This document shows, one piece after another, positions 47,205 to 60,300 of a DNA stretch of 64,000 bases. The notes below the pieces were generated by a model. It searched no databases and was not told the DNA's origin. It was given only the letters and a program-made list of their open reading frames with translations. Numbering within the stretch: position 1 is the first letter of the stretch; the number at the start of each line of letters is the position of its first letter. The position numbers and the translations under genes were made by a program. Source of the stretch: Malacoraja senta (taxonomy: Eukaryota); the NCBI GenBank assembly GCA_038087875.1, contig JAXLNO010001373.1, forward strand, positions 124,001 to 188,000. The letters run 5' to 3'.

Positions 47205-48900
47205 GATGTGGTTGTAAAACGTTTGCAAAATTGTTTGTCTTGCTTCTAAAAAAGTTTTTTTCAGAAAATGTATTGGTTATAAAATGTTTGCAAAATTGTT
47301 TGCCTTGCTTTTGAAAAAATGTTTCAGAAAATGTATTGTTTGTAAAATGTTTGCAAAATTGTTTGTCTTCACTTTTAAAATGGTTGCAGAAAATGTATTG
47401 GTTGTAAAATGTTTGCAAAATTGTTTGTCTTGCTTTTAAAAAACTGTTTTCAGAAAATGTATTGGTTGTAAAATGTTTGCAAAATTGTTTGTCTTGGCTT
47501 TTAAAATGGTTGCAGAAAATGTATTGGTTGTAAATTGTTTGCAAAATTGTTTGTCTTGCTTTTGAAAAAATGGTTTCAGAAAATGTATTGTTTGTAAAAT
47601 GTTTGCAAAATTGTTTGTCTTGGCTTTTAAAATGGTTGCAGAAAATGTATTGGTTGTAAAATGTTTGCAAAATTGTTTGTCTTGCTTCTAAAAAAATGTT
47701 TCAGAAAATGTATTGGTTGTAAAATGTTTGCAAAATTGTTTGTCTTCACTTTTAAAATGGTTGCAGAAAATGTATTGGTTGTAAAATGTTTGCAAAATTG
47801 TTTGTCTTGCTTTTAAAAAACTGTTTTCAGAAAATGTATTGGTTGTAAAATGTTTGCAAAATTGTTTGTCTTGGCTTTTAAAATGGTTGCAGAAAATGTA
47901 TTGGTTGTAAATTGTTTGCAAAATTGTTTGTCTTGCTTTTGAAAAAATGGTTTCAGAAAATGTATTGTTTGTAAAATGTTTGCAAAATTGTTTGTCTTGG
48001 CTTTTAAAATGGTTGCAGAAAATGTATTGGTTGTAAAATGTTTGCAAAATTGTTTGTCTTGCTTCTAAAAAAATGTTTCCAGAAAATGTATTGGTTGTAA
48101 AATGTTTGCAAAATTGTTTGTCATGGCTTTTTAAATGGTTGCAGAAAATGTATTGGTTGTAAAATGTTTGCAAAATTGTTTGTCTTGCTTTTGAAAAAAT
48201 GTTTTCAGAAAATGTATTGGTTGTAAAATGTTTGCAAATTTGTTTGTCTTGGCTTTTAAAATGGTTGCAGAAAATGTATTGGTTGTAAAATGTTTGCAAA
48301 ATTGTTTGTCTTGCTTTTGAAAAAATGTTTTCAGAAAATGTATTGTTTGTAAAATGTTTGCAAAATTGTTTGTCTTCGCTTTTTAAATGGTTGCAGAAAA
48401 TGTATTGGTTGTAAAATGTTTGCAAAATTGTTTGTCTTGCTTCTAAAAAATGTTTTCAGAAAATGTATTGGTTGTAAAATGTTTGCAAAATTGTTTGTCT
48501 TGGATTTTAAAATGGTTGCAGAAAATGTATTGGTTGTGAAATGTTTGCAAAATTGTTTGTCTTGCTTTGGAAAAAATGTTTTCAGAAAATGTATTGTTTG
48601 TAAAATGTTTGCAAAATTGTTTGTCTTGGCTTTTAAAATGGTTGCAGAAAATGTATTGGTTGTAAAATGTTTGCAAAATTGTTTGTCTTGCTTCTAAAAA
48701 AATGTTTTCAGAAAATGTATTGGTTGTAAAATGTTTGCAAAATTGTTTATCTTGGCTTTTTAAATGGTTGCAGAAAATGTCTTGGTTGTAAAATGTTTGC
48801 AAAATTCATTGTCTTGCTTCTGAAAAAATGTTTTCAGAAAATGTATTGGTTGTAAAATGTTTGCAAAATAGTTTGTCTTGGTTTTTAAATGGTTGCAACA
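47205..48900. repeat. AT-rich satellite, about 62/63-bp monomers forming an about 125-bp dimer
   Basis: Constant core gaaaatgtattggttgtaaaatgtttgcaaaattgtttgtctt alternates with two linker types. Confidence 0.97.
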
Positions 48901-48974
48901 GTTTTAGGATGGATAAAGTGTGAATAAATTTTTTATTAGATCAGGACTGTGTTTAACTGCAAAATTGGCGTTCA

Positions 48975-49075
48975 TTCCGTGACTTCCGCTTAGTGGCAAG
49001 ATGGCGCTGATGACTTCATTTCCGGTTAGCGGCAAGCTGGCGCTGAGTGCGTCATTTCCGGTTCGTGGCAAGAAA
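48975..49075 (+). promoter_or_regulatory. Triplicated ETS/YY1-like motif module
   Basis: Three copies of ttccg(g/c)tt..ggcaag, two continuing (a/c)tggcgctga. Confidence 0.4.
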
Positions 49076-49335
49076 CGAGAGGGTCACGTCAAGATGGGGC
49101 TGAATGCAGAAGACGCCGTTGAATAATTGAAGAGAGCTTACTGCTCTGTCTATGGTGAGTGTGTTTGTTGGACGTTATTTAAAGCACGTTTTTGCTTCAG
49201 CAGCAGCCTCTACGGGATGCTTTCAACGTTTGAATCATTCGGTTTACACACTGTATGTTTACCACGTTCTGAAGTGACTTGGCATTTTAGTATTGGTTGT
49301 CTGTGAGTGAGTGTGTGTGTGTGTGTGAGTAAGTG

Positions 49336-49705
49336 NNNNNNNNNNNNNNNNNNNNNNNNNNNNNNNNNNNNNNNNNNNNNNNNNNNNNNNNNNNNNNNNN
49401 NNNNNNNNNNNNNNNNNNNNNNNNNNNNNNNNNNNNNNNNNNNNNNNNNNNNNNNNNNNNNNNNNNNNNNNNNNNNNNNNNNNNNNNNNNNNNNNNNNNN
49501 NNNNNNNNNNNNNNNNNNNNNNNNNNNNNNNNNNNNNNNNNNNNNNNNNNNNNNNNNNNNNNNNNNNNNNNNNNNNNNNNNNNNNNNNNNNNNNNNNNNN
49601 NNNNNNNNNNNNNNNNNNNNNNNNNNNNNNNNNNNNNNNNNNNNNNNNNNNNNNNNNNNNNNNNNNNNNNNNNNNNNNNNNNNNNNNNNNNNNNNNNNNN
49701 NNNNN
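49336..49705. other. Assembly gap within a (TG/GA)n microsatellite
   Basis: N run. Confidence 1.
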
Positions 49706-49765
49706 GAGTCTGTGTGTGTGTGAGTGTATGTGAGAGCGTGTGTCTGAGAGTCTGTGTGTGTGCAT

Positions 49766-51033
49766 AGGGGGGTTGCACGTAAGGTCACCGGGTCAAAGGG
49801 CTTGGCGCACAGAGCCGCTCCATCCATCTGGAGGACATCGCAGCTTCCGTTATATGTTGTTAATACACGAAATGCGTACTTTCCTACCTGTTAAAAACCG
49901 CCAAAATGGAGAATTTTTGCGCTGTAAATAATTGTGGAAGTCAGGGTAACCGTGAGAGACATCTATCCTACTTCAGAATTCCAAAAGTGAAGAGAAATGA
50001 AGGTAAAGAGAAGCGAGAGCTGAAGGGACAACAACAGCTAAAGTGCTTGGCGAACATTGGCCGTGCAGATATCGAGATTGAAAATATTGGGAATTATCGC
50101 GTTTGCTCACTGCATTTCATCAACAGTAAGGCATTATTTGTGTTTTTTTCTTGATTGGTATCTAAAAAGTTTCAGAAGTGGTAAATCTGGCTGTAAATTT
50201 TTTAAATCGGCCATGGTTCTGAAGTGGGTTTTTACATGCAAAAAAAAAACGTTTTAGAAGTAAAATGTATCATTAAAAAATCTCCAGACTTACGAGTGGT
50301 GTTTGGAAAAGTAAGTTTTCTCTCATTATGCTATTGAGATGTATATTTTGGCAAATAATAAAATGTCCTGACAGCTTAAACAACCACTCCCTTTCAATAG
50401 GATATTGTCAATTTGCTGAGGTTGATTGTCCAATTAACATCTAACAATTATGCCATTCCTTGGCTTGCATCTGAGTAAAATGTAATTCAAAACCCACGTA
50501 TGGTTTGCGATTTTTTTTAATGATAAATTTTGCTTCAGAGGCGTTTTTGTTTGTATGTAAATACCCACTTGAGAACCATTGGCGATTTTAAAATTTTACA
50601 GCCAGATTTATCACTTCTGAAACTTTTTAGATGCCAAAGGAATTAAGAAAAAACACAAATAATGCCTTACTGTTGATGAAATGCAGTGAGCAAACGTGAT
50701 AATTCCCAATATTTCCAATCTTGATATCTGCACGGCCAATGTCCACCAATCACTTTGGCTGTTGTTGTCCCTTCAGCTCTCGCTTCTATCTACCGTCATT
50801 TCTCCTCACTTTTGGAATTCTGAAGTAGGATAAATGTCTCTCACGCTTAACCCGATTTCCATAATTACGTATTTACAGCGCAAAAATTGACCATTTCGGC
50901 GGGTTTTAACGGGCCCGCTATGCTGGAAACAATGGTCAGTGCTTACCTGCGGTTCATCGCATGTACTCCAGTTGGCGTAGTGTAGCAACAGTATGGGTCA
51001 CGGGTCGTGACCCGAGTGCTGTGCAACCTCCCG
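49766..51033. mobile_element. THAP-bearing fold-back DNA element (ISL2EU/Harbinger-like)
   Basis: Imperfect TIR GGG(G/A)GGTTGCAC, AT flanks, and two inverted THAP-coding arms. Confidence 0.65.
49906..50154 (+). pseudogene. THAP zinc-finger domain exon
   Basis: CAVNNC..SYFRIP..RVCSLHF. The conserved Trp is replaced by Cys, and a gtaagg donor follows HFIN. Confidence 0.7.
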
Positions 51034-51035
51034 AT

Positions 51036-51650
51036 ATGTGTGTGTGTGAGAGTCTGTGTGTGTGTGTCTGAGTGTGTGTGTGTGTGTGTGTGTGTGTCTG
51101 AAAGTCTGTATAAGTGTGAGTCTGTGTGTGTGTGTATATGTGTGTGTGTGTATGAGTCTGTGTGCGTGTGTCTGTGTGTGTGTGTCTGTGTGTGCGAGTC
51201 TGTGTGTNNNNNNNNNNNNNNNNNNNNNNNNNNNNNNNNNNNNNNNNNNNNNNNNNNNNNNNNNNNNNNNNNNNNNNNNNNNNNNNNNNNNNNNNNNNNN
51301 NNNNNNNNNNNNNNNNNNNNNNNNNNNNNNNNNNNNNNNNNNNNNNNNNNNNNNNNNNNNNNNNNNNNNNNNNNNNNNNNNNNNNNNNNNNNNNNNNNNN
51401 NNNNNNNNNNNNNNNNTGTCTGTCTGAGTCTGAGTCTGTATGTGTCTGAAAGTCTGTGTGTGTGTGTCTGAGAGTCAGTGTGTATGTGAGAGTCTGTGTG
51501 TGTGTGTGTGTGTGTGTGAGAGTGTGTGTGTGTGTGAGAGTGTGTGTGTGTGTGAGAGTCTGTGTGTGTGAGAGTCTTTGTGTATGAGAGTCTGTGTGTG
51601 TGAGTGTGTCTGTGTGTGTGAGTGTGTCTGTGCGTGTGAGTGTCTGTGTG
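51036..51650. repeat. (TG)n-type microsatellite with a gap at 51208-51416
   Basis: Direct observation. Confidence 0.95.
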
Positions 51651-52217
51651 AGGTGGAGGGTGTATGATCAACAAATAACAAATAGTACAAATAATATAGT
51701 CTTTCGTAGTTCAGAGCTTATTCATTATGTTTAATAGCCTGATGGCTGTCAGGAAGAAGCTGTTCCTCAATGTGGATGTTACAGTTTTCAGTTTACAAAA
51801 GTCGGACGTGACTCCAGAAGTCGGGCTTAGGTCAGTCATTCCACAAGCCGTGGTTCAGTCTGTCAGTCCAGAGGCCATGAGTGAATGTCAGTCAGTCCAG
51901 AGACCATGAGTTAGTCCCAAGGCAGGGAGTGAGTCCAGAGGCCATGAGTAGGTTGCTCACCGCCCCCCGCCACCCCACCTCCAGACGCTGCCCTCCGCCT
52001 GGCTATAGGATGCTTCCCCTCCTGAAGCCGCCCCCATCCCGGCTGCAGGACACCCCCCTCCCTCATCAGCCCACTAGAGCCCCCGCCTAAAGCCGTCCCC
52101 CTCCCTTGGCTGCAGCATGTTTGCCAACCCCCACTCCACCGCGACAGCCCCCGCCTCAAAAAATGTTTTGCACAAATTCTTCAGCGAGTCCAGAGGATTG
52201 AGAATTACAACAAAACA

Positions 52218-52634
52218 ATGGAATTCTTTAATTTGCCACAACCAAGAAATGGAAGGATGCACCTTGATGATGACAATCCAGAATTGCTGCAGGAATTGCA
52301 ATACGATAGAACCGAACAACAGCAATTTGTTGAGGAGATTGGGCCTCTGCTGAATGCTGAGCAGAGAGCAGTGTATGCACTCAATTTAACAGAAGGTGAA
52401 GACATTCCCCTTCAGCAGACCCAATTCCCCATTCAATCAAGTTTTGCTATGACGATCCATAAATCACAAGGACAAACAATGCAGAAGGTGTTGATCTTCC
52501 TCGACAAACCGGTATTTCAGCATGGAAAACTATACATGTCTCTTCGCCAAGGAAAGATGAAGGGAAATGTCAAAGTTTTCCTGAAGGATGGAACATCGAC
52601 CAAGAATGTTGTCATTAAAAGCGTGCTTCGTTGA
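52218..52634 (+). pseudogene. Helitron Rep/helicase remnant (PIF1-like C-terminus)
   Basis: LNAEQRAVY joined by a deletion to QFPI..FAMTIHKSQGQT..L..PVF.HG.LY. Confidence 0.85.
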
Positions 52635-52749
52635 ATGATTACTTCTGAGATAAATTCTCAGATTTTCTTTGTTAAAATTTGACCGCTCAATCTCTCTATA
52701 TTTAAATTGTCTCTTTTATTTATCAACAGCAAAGAGACAGAAAACAGTG

Positions 52750-55700
52750 CCGTTTCAGATGACCTGCTTGAGCACCTCAAGGCTCTCGCAATTTCGCGAT
52801 CTCCCACAGCTGCGGGAGCCCCAGACTTTAAATTTTCCCCACGCTCGCTGTAAAACTCCCGACCCGACTGAGGATCACAGGTACTGTACCTGGGAATCCC
52901 GGGATGACCTCCAGAGCCAGGCAGGACTTCAGGTCAGACTGAAGCGCATGGGGACTTCGGTCCCCTCTCCCTACTATCCTACTGGCTAATGTACAGTCTC
53001 TTGAAAATAAAGTGGAGGACTTGAGGGCAAGACTGCTTTATCAAACGGAGCTGAGGGAATGCTCCGTGTTCTGTTTCACAGAGACATGGCTCACCCCCAG
53101 CTCCCCAGACTCAGCGGTCCAGCCTGAAGGGTTCTCCATCCACCGTATGGACTGTACACTGGCATCTGGGAAAGGGAGAGGATGGGGCATCTGCCTCATG
53201 GTCAACTCTGCGTGGTGCTCAGAAGTGTCAGTCCTGTCCAACTCCTGCTCTCCACACTTCGAACATCTGGCGGTGAAGTGCCGTCCCTCCTACCTTCCTA
53301 GGGAATTCACCTCCATCATCCTGACCGCGGTCTACATCCCACCCCAGGCAGACGTCCGTCTGGCACAGGAGGAGCTGCACACCGTGGTCAACAAACACCA
53401 GACGTCTTACCCCGAGGCATTTACCACCATTGCTGGGGACCTCATTAAGGCAAACCTAAAGAAATCACTCCCTAACTTCCACCAACATGTCTCCTGCTGC
53501 ACCAGAGGACTAAACACCCTCGACCACTGCTACACCACCATCAAGAATGCCTATCGCTCTATCCCTCGCCCTCACTTCGGTAAATCCGACCATACCGCGG
53601 TGCTGCTTCTTCCTGCCTACAGGCAGCAATTAAAGAGCGCACCCCCAGAGGTGAGGACAGTACAGAGCTGGTCGGGGGGGGGGGGGCAGAGGAACAACTA
53701 CAGGACTGTTTGGAGTCTGTAGACTGGGCAATGTTCAAGGACTCGGCAACGGACATGAACGAATACGCCACAGTCGGTACAGACTTCATTAAGAAATGTG
53801 TGGAGGACTGCATCCCCACCAAAACCTTCTGAGTGTTTCCCAATCAGAAACCTTGGATGAACTTTGAGATCCGCACTCTTCTGAAGACCAGACACCGGGC
53901 ATTCATGTCTGATGATACAGTGGTCTACAAGAAGTCCATATACGACCTTGGAAAGGCCATCAAAAAGGCCAAAAGGGACCTGCTCCAAGCTGGAGGATGA
54001 CAGATGTTCGGCAGCTGTGGCGGGGCCTGAATGCAATCACCTTCTAAAAGGCAAAATCAGGAGGCAGCTCGAATGTCGGCGAAACATCACTCCCTGGTGA
54101 GCTCAATGCGATTTACGCACGCTTTGATAGGGAGAAAGCGCCTTCCCGAGCCGCCATTCGCTGTGATGGTACTTCAGTCTCAGTCACAGAGGCCGACGTC
54201 AGGAAATCCTTCAGAGGGGTGAACCCTCGAAAAGCGCCTGGACCTGATGGTATACCTGGTCGTGTTCTAAAAACCTGTGCGGACCAACTGGCTGGAGTTT
54301 TTACGGACATTTTCAACATCTCACTTCTGAGGTCTGAGGTTCCCACCTGCTTCAAAAGGGCATCAATTATACCAGTGCCCAAGAAGAGTAAGGTGATGTG
54401 CCTCAATGACTATCGACCTGTGGCACTAACGCCTGTGGTGATGAAGTGCTTTGAGAGGTTGATCATGGTGCAAATCAACTCCTACCTCGACAAAAACCTG
54501 GACCCACTGCAGTTCGCCTACCGCCACAACAGATTAACTGTGGATGCGATCTCGCTGGCCCTCCACTCCGCTCTGGACCACTTGGACAACAAAAACTCAT
54601 ATGTCAGGCTGTTATTCATTGATTACAGCTCGGTATTTAATACTATCATCCCCTCCAAGCTGGTTACCAAACTCGCAGAACTGGGTCTCTGCGCATCCCT
54701 CTGCAATTGGATCCTCGACTTCCTCATTCACAGACCACAGTCTGTTCGTATTGGTGGAAATGTGTCAGACTCGATAACAATCAGCACGGTAGCACCTCAA
54801 GGATGCGTGCTCAGCCCCCTGCTGTACTCACTCTATACTCATGACTGCGTAGCTGGTCATAGTGCGAACTCCATCATCAAGTTCGCTGACGACACCACTG
54901 TTGTGGGACGTATCACTGAAGGGGATGAGTCAGAGTATAGAAGAGAGATCGAGCAACTGTCCAAATGGTGCCAGCACAATAACCTGGCCCTCAACATCAG
55001 CAAAACCAAGGAACTGATTGTGGACTTTGGAAGGAGTAGGATGGGGACCCACAGTCCCGTTTATATCAACAGGTCGATGGTTGAAAGGGTCAAGAGCTTC
55101 AAATTCCTGGGCGTGCACATCTCTGAAGATCTTTCCTGGTCCGAGAACACTGATGCAATTATCAAGAAAGCACATCAGCGCCTCTACTTCCTGAGAAGAT
55201 TACGGTGAGTCGGTTTGTCAAGGAGGACTCTCTCTAACTTCTACAGGTGCACAGTAGAGAGCATGCTGACCGGTTGCATCATGGCTTGGTTCGGCAACTT
55301 GAGCGCCCTGGAGCGGAAAAGACTACAAAAAGTAGTAAACACTGCCCAGTCCATCATCGGCTCTGACCTTCCTTCCATCGAGGGGATTTATCGCAGTCGC
55401 TGCCTCAAAAAGGCTGGCAGTATCATCAAAGACCCACACCATCCTAGCCACACACTCATCTCCCCGCTACCTTCAGGTGGAAGGTACAGGAGCCTGAAGA
55501 CTGCAACGACCAGGTTCAGGAATAGTTACTTCCCAGTTACTTCCCCACAGCCATCAGGCTATTAAACCTGGCTCGGACACAACTCTGAACATTAATAACC
55601 CATTATCTGTTATTTGCACCTTATGAGTTTATTTATTCATGTGTGTATATATTTATATAATGGTATATGGACACACTGATCTGTTTTGTAGTCAATGCCT

Positions 55701-55782
55701 TCTATGTTCTGTTATCCTGAAGCAAAGCAAGAATTTCATTGTCCTGTCAGGGACACATGACAATAAACTCACTTGAACTTGA
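52750..55782 (+). mobile_element. Second Rex1/Babar LINE (different family, decayed)
   Basis: FTETWL, HFGKSDH, PGPDG, FIDYSS and KFADDTT motifs; (cttgaa)n tail. Confidence 0.9.
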
Positions 55783-56094
55783 CGAACATAAAGACGCAGT
55801 GAGCAGCAACAAGAGACACAACAAGAAAGAACTTAATAATTCTCATCTTTAACATTTAAATTGTTCTTATATTTTAAGTCATTCACATTTTATACTTTAA
55901 TAAATCCTTTTTCCACTTTTCATGCCTGCGTGGTCTTCATCACAATGGGAACCTAATGGGCAGGAAAGGATGCTCTGTGGGAGAGACACTAAGAGTGCAT
56001 TGTGGGAGGTTGTGGAGAGATGGACTGAATGCGTGGTGGGGGAGGGAAATGTTAAGGAGCAGAGTGGGGGGGGGGGGGTGAAGGGAGGAGGGGT

Positions 56095-56675
56095 GACTGA
56101 ATGAACTGCCACACCAGCCATGAGTGACTGCACTGCCAGCCCACCAGCCCTAAGTGAACTGCCAGCCCACCATCTGTAAGTGACTGATGTGCCAGCCCAC
56201 CAGTCATGAGTGACTGCACTGCCAGCCCACCAGCCCTGAGTAAGTGAACTGCCCGCCTACCAGCTGTAAGTGACTGAAGTGCCAGCCCACCAGCCTTGAG
56301 TGACTGCACTGCCAGCCCACCAGCCCTAAGTGAACTGCCAGCCCACCAGCTGTAAGTGACTGATGTGCCAGCCCACCAGCTGTAAGTGACTGAAGTGCCA
56401 GCCCACCAGCCTTGAGTGACTGCACTGCCAGCCCACCAGCCCTGAGTAAGTGAACTGCCAGCCCACCAGCTGTAAGTGAGTGAACTGCCAGCCCACCAAC
56501 CGTGAGTGACTGCACTGCCAGCCCACCAGCCCTGAGTAAGTGAACTGCCAGCCCACCAGCTGTAAGTGACTGAACTGCCAGCCCACCAGCCGTGAGTGAG
56601 TGCACTGCCAGCCCACCAGCCCTGAGTAAGTGAACTGCCAGCCCACCAGCCGTACGTGATTGAACTGCCAGCCCA
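56095..56675. repeat. Minisatellite, about 21-26-bp units with core actgccagcccaccagc
   Basis: More than 20 imperfect copies. Confidence 0.95.
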
Positions 56676-57379
56676 ATAATCCATTCAGTCCACCTTCTCC
56701 CCCTTCTCTCTCATAGAGTCTGTCACCTGTTTTGGGCAGAATTTATGGCAGTTTCTCAGCTGCCAGCCTGCCAGGTCCGAGTGACTGTACTGCCAGGCCT
56801 CAGTGACTGAGCTGCCTGGCCTCAGTGACTGAGCTGCCAGCCCAAGAATCCATTCGGCCCACAATGTCCATACTAGCCCTCTGGAAACCAGTCCCTTCGG
56901 CCCACTACACCCATATTAGCGCAACAGAAAGCCCCCGCCCCACCCCCACACATTGGCCAGCAATATTGGAATTGGTGGAGAGGTGGAATATTGCGTTGCG
57001 TGACCAGCCCTCCCGTGTGATGCTGGGACCCAACGGGTCCCACTTAGTCTAGTAATTTCTAAAGCTCACCAGAAGCAAGTGTCTGGGGAGAACCAATCCA
57101 CAGAGCTTTCCATTCAAAAAAATCTCTCAGTATCCGTCATCCTGTTTCGCTCAAGCAGCTAGTTTTCAACCCCTCCCACTCTCTGCTAATGTTTTTCCCC
57201 TCGTCATGCCTTTAATGCTTCTGCAATTATTTTTTATTTTGGTTCACTGTTTTTTGATCCCTCAACAAAGAGAAGTAGGTAATTCCTAACCAGGCCCCTC
57301 AAGCTTCCCTCACCATTCAATATGATCAAGGCTGATCTGCCCAGAACTCATCTCATCCTTTACACTATCGCCCTCTATC

Positions 57380-60300
57380 ATAGAAACATAGAAACATAGA
57401 AAATAGGTGCAGGAGTAGGCCATTCGGCCCTTCGAGCCTGCACACGCCATTCAATATGATCATGGCTGATCATCCAACTCAGTATCCCGTACCTGCCTTC
57501 TCTCCATACCCCCTGATCCCTTTAGCCACAAGGGCCACATCTAACTCCCTCTTAAATATAGCCAATGAACTGGCCTCAACTACCTTCTGTGGCAGAGAAT
57601 TCCAGAGATTCACCACTCTCTGTGTGAAAAATGTTTTCCCCATCTTGGTCCAAAAGATTTCCCCCTTATCCTTAAACTGTGACCCCTTGTTCTGGACTTC
57701 CCCAACATCGGGAACAATCTTCCTGCATCTAGCCTGTCCAAACCCTTAAGAATTTTGTAAGTTTCTATAAGATCCCCCCTCAATCTTCTAAATTCTAGCG
57801 AGTACAAACCGAGTCTATCCAGTCTTTCTTCATATGAAAGTCCTGACATCCCAGGAATCAGTCTGGTGAACCTTCTCTGTACTCCCTCTATGGCAAGAAT
57901 GTCTTTCCTCAGATTAGGAGACCAAAACTGTACGCAATACTCCAGGTGTGGTCTCACCAAGACCCTGTACAACTGCAGTAGAACCTCCCTGCTCCTATAC
58001 TCAAATCCTTTTGCTATGAATGCTAACATACCATTCGCCTTCTTCACTGCCTGCTGCACCTGCATGCCTACTTTTAATGACTGGTGTACCATGACACCCA
58101 GGTCTCGTTCCATCTCCCTTTTCCTAATCGGCCACCATTCAGATAATAGTCTACTTTCCTGTTTTTGCCACCAAAGTGGATAACCTCACATTTATCCACA
58201 TTATACTGCATCTGCCATGCATTTGCCCACTCACCCAGCCTATCCAAGTCACCTTGCAGCCTCCGAGCATCCTCCTCACAGCTAACACTGCCCCCAGCTT
58301 CGTGTCATCCGCAAACTTGGAGATGTTGCATTCAATTCCCTCGTCCAAATCATTAATATATATCGTAAATAGCTGGGGTCCCAGCACTGAGCCTTGCGGT
58401 ACCCACTAGTCACTGCCTGCCATTGTGAAAAGGACCCGTTTACTCTTACTCTTTGCTTCCTGTCTGCCAGCCAGTTCTCTATCCACATCAATACTGAACC
58501 CCCAATACCGTGTGCTTTAAGTTTGAACACTAATCTCTTATGTGGGACCTTGTCGAAAGCCTTCTGAAAGTCCAGATATAACACATCCACTGGTTCTCCC
58601 TTATCCACTCTACTAGTTACATCCTCAAAAAATTCTATAAGATTTGTCAGACATGATTTACCTTTCATAAATCCATGCTGATTTTGTCCAATGATTTCCA
58701 AATGTGCTGCTAATCCATCTTTAATAACTGATTCTAGCAGTTTCCCCACTACCGATGTTAGACTAACTGGTCTGTAATTCCCCGTTTTCTCTCTCCCTCC
58801 CTTTTTAAAAGTGGGGTTACATTAGCTACCCTCCAATCCTCAGGAACTACTCCAGAATCTAAAGAGTTATCACTAATGCATCCACTATTTCTGGGGCTAC
58901 TTCCTTAAGTACTCTGGTATGCAGCCTATCTAGCCCTGGGGATTTATCGGCCTTTAATCCATTCAATTTACCTAACACCACTTCCTGGCTAACCTGGATT
59001 TCACTCAGTTCCTCCATCTCATTTGCCCCCGGTCCCCTGCTATTTCCAGAAGCTTATTTATGTCTTCCTTAGTGAAGACAGAACCAAAGTAGTTATTCAA
59101 TTGGTCTGCCATGTCCTTGTTCCCCATCATCAATTCACCTGTTTCTGACTGCAAGGGACCTACATTTGTTTTAACTAATTTTTTTCTCTTCACATATCTA
59201 TAAAAGCTTTTGCAGTCAGTTTTTATGTTCCCTGCCAGTTTCATAATCTATTTTCCCTTTCCTAATTAAGCCCTTTGTCCTCCTCTGCTGGACTCTGAAT
59301 TTCTCCCAGTCCTCTGGTAGGCTGCTTTTCTGGCTAATTTGTACGCTTCATCTTTTGTTTTGATAAACTCCTGATTTCCCTTGTTATCCATGGATGCACT
59401 ACCTTCCCTGATTTATTTTTTTGCCAAACTGGGATGAACAATTGTTGTAGTTCATCCATGCAGTCTTTAAATGCCTTCCATTGCATATCTACCGTCAACC
59501 CTTTAAGAATAAATTGCCACTCTATCTTGGCCAATTCGCTTCTCATACCCTCAAAGTTACCTTTCTTTAAGTTCAGGACCCTTGTTTCTGAATTAACAAT
59601 GTCACTCTCCATCCTAATGAAGAACTCAACCATATTATGGTCACTCTTGCCCAAGGGGCCACGAACAAGACTGCTAACTAACCCTTCCTCATTACTCAAT
59701 ACCCAATCTAGAATAGCCTGCTCTCTCGTTGGTTCCTCTACATGTTGGTTTAGAAAACTATCCCGCATACATTCCAAGAAATCCTCTTCCTCAGCACCCT
59801 TGCCAATTTGATTCACCTAATCTATATGTAGATTGAAGTCACCCATTATAACTGTTTTACCTTTGATGCACGCATTTCTAATTTCCTGTTTGATGCTATC
59901 CCAACTCCACTACTACTGTTCGGTGGCCTGTACACAACTCCCACTAGCATTTTCTGCCCCTTAGTGTTTCGCAGCTCTACCCATATCGATTCCACATCCT
60001 CCAAGCTAATGTCCTTCCTTTCTATTGCGTTAATCTGCTCTCTAACCAGCAACGCTACCCCACCTCCTTTCCCTTTCTGTCTATCCCTCCTGAATATTGA
60101 ATATCCCTGGATGTTCAGCTCCCAGCCTTGGTTACCCTGGAGCCATGTCTCTTGTGATCCCAACTATATCATAGTCATTAATAGCTATCTGCACATTCAA
60201 CTCATCCACCTTATTACGAATGCTCCTTGCATTGAGACACAAAGCCTTCAGGCTTGTTTTTACAACACTCTTACCCCTTATACAATGATGTTGAAAAGTG

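Larger units (their letters stand above)
46884..57052 (+). mobile_element. Candidate composite Helitron (boundaries inferred)
   Basis: A|TCTGTATTACTAAAA start, PIF1-helicase remnant inside, hairpin gggacccaacgggtccc plus CTAG|T end. Confidence 0.4.

Noticed and set aside
47205-48900. CRISPR-like repeat/spacer appearance and long repetitive ORFs (47092-48802)
   Set aside because: The spacers are only two recurring variants, there are no cas genes and the context is eukaryotic. The ORFs are translations of the satellite.
49210-51690. His/Thr and Val/Cys ORFs
   Set aside because: Dinucleotide microsatellite and N gaps.
56052-56684. Trp/Gly-rich repetitive ORFs
   Set aside because: They are translations of the minisatellite in several frames.
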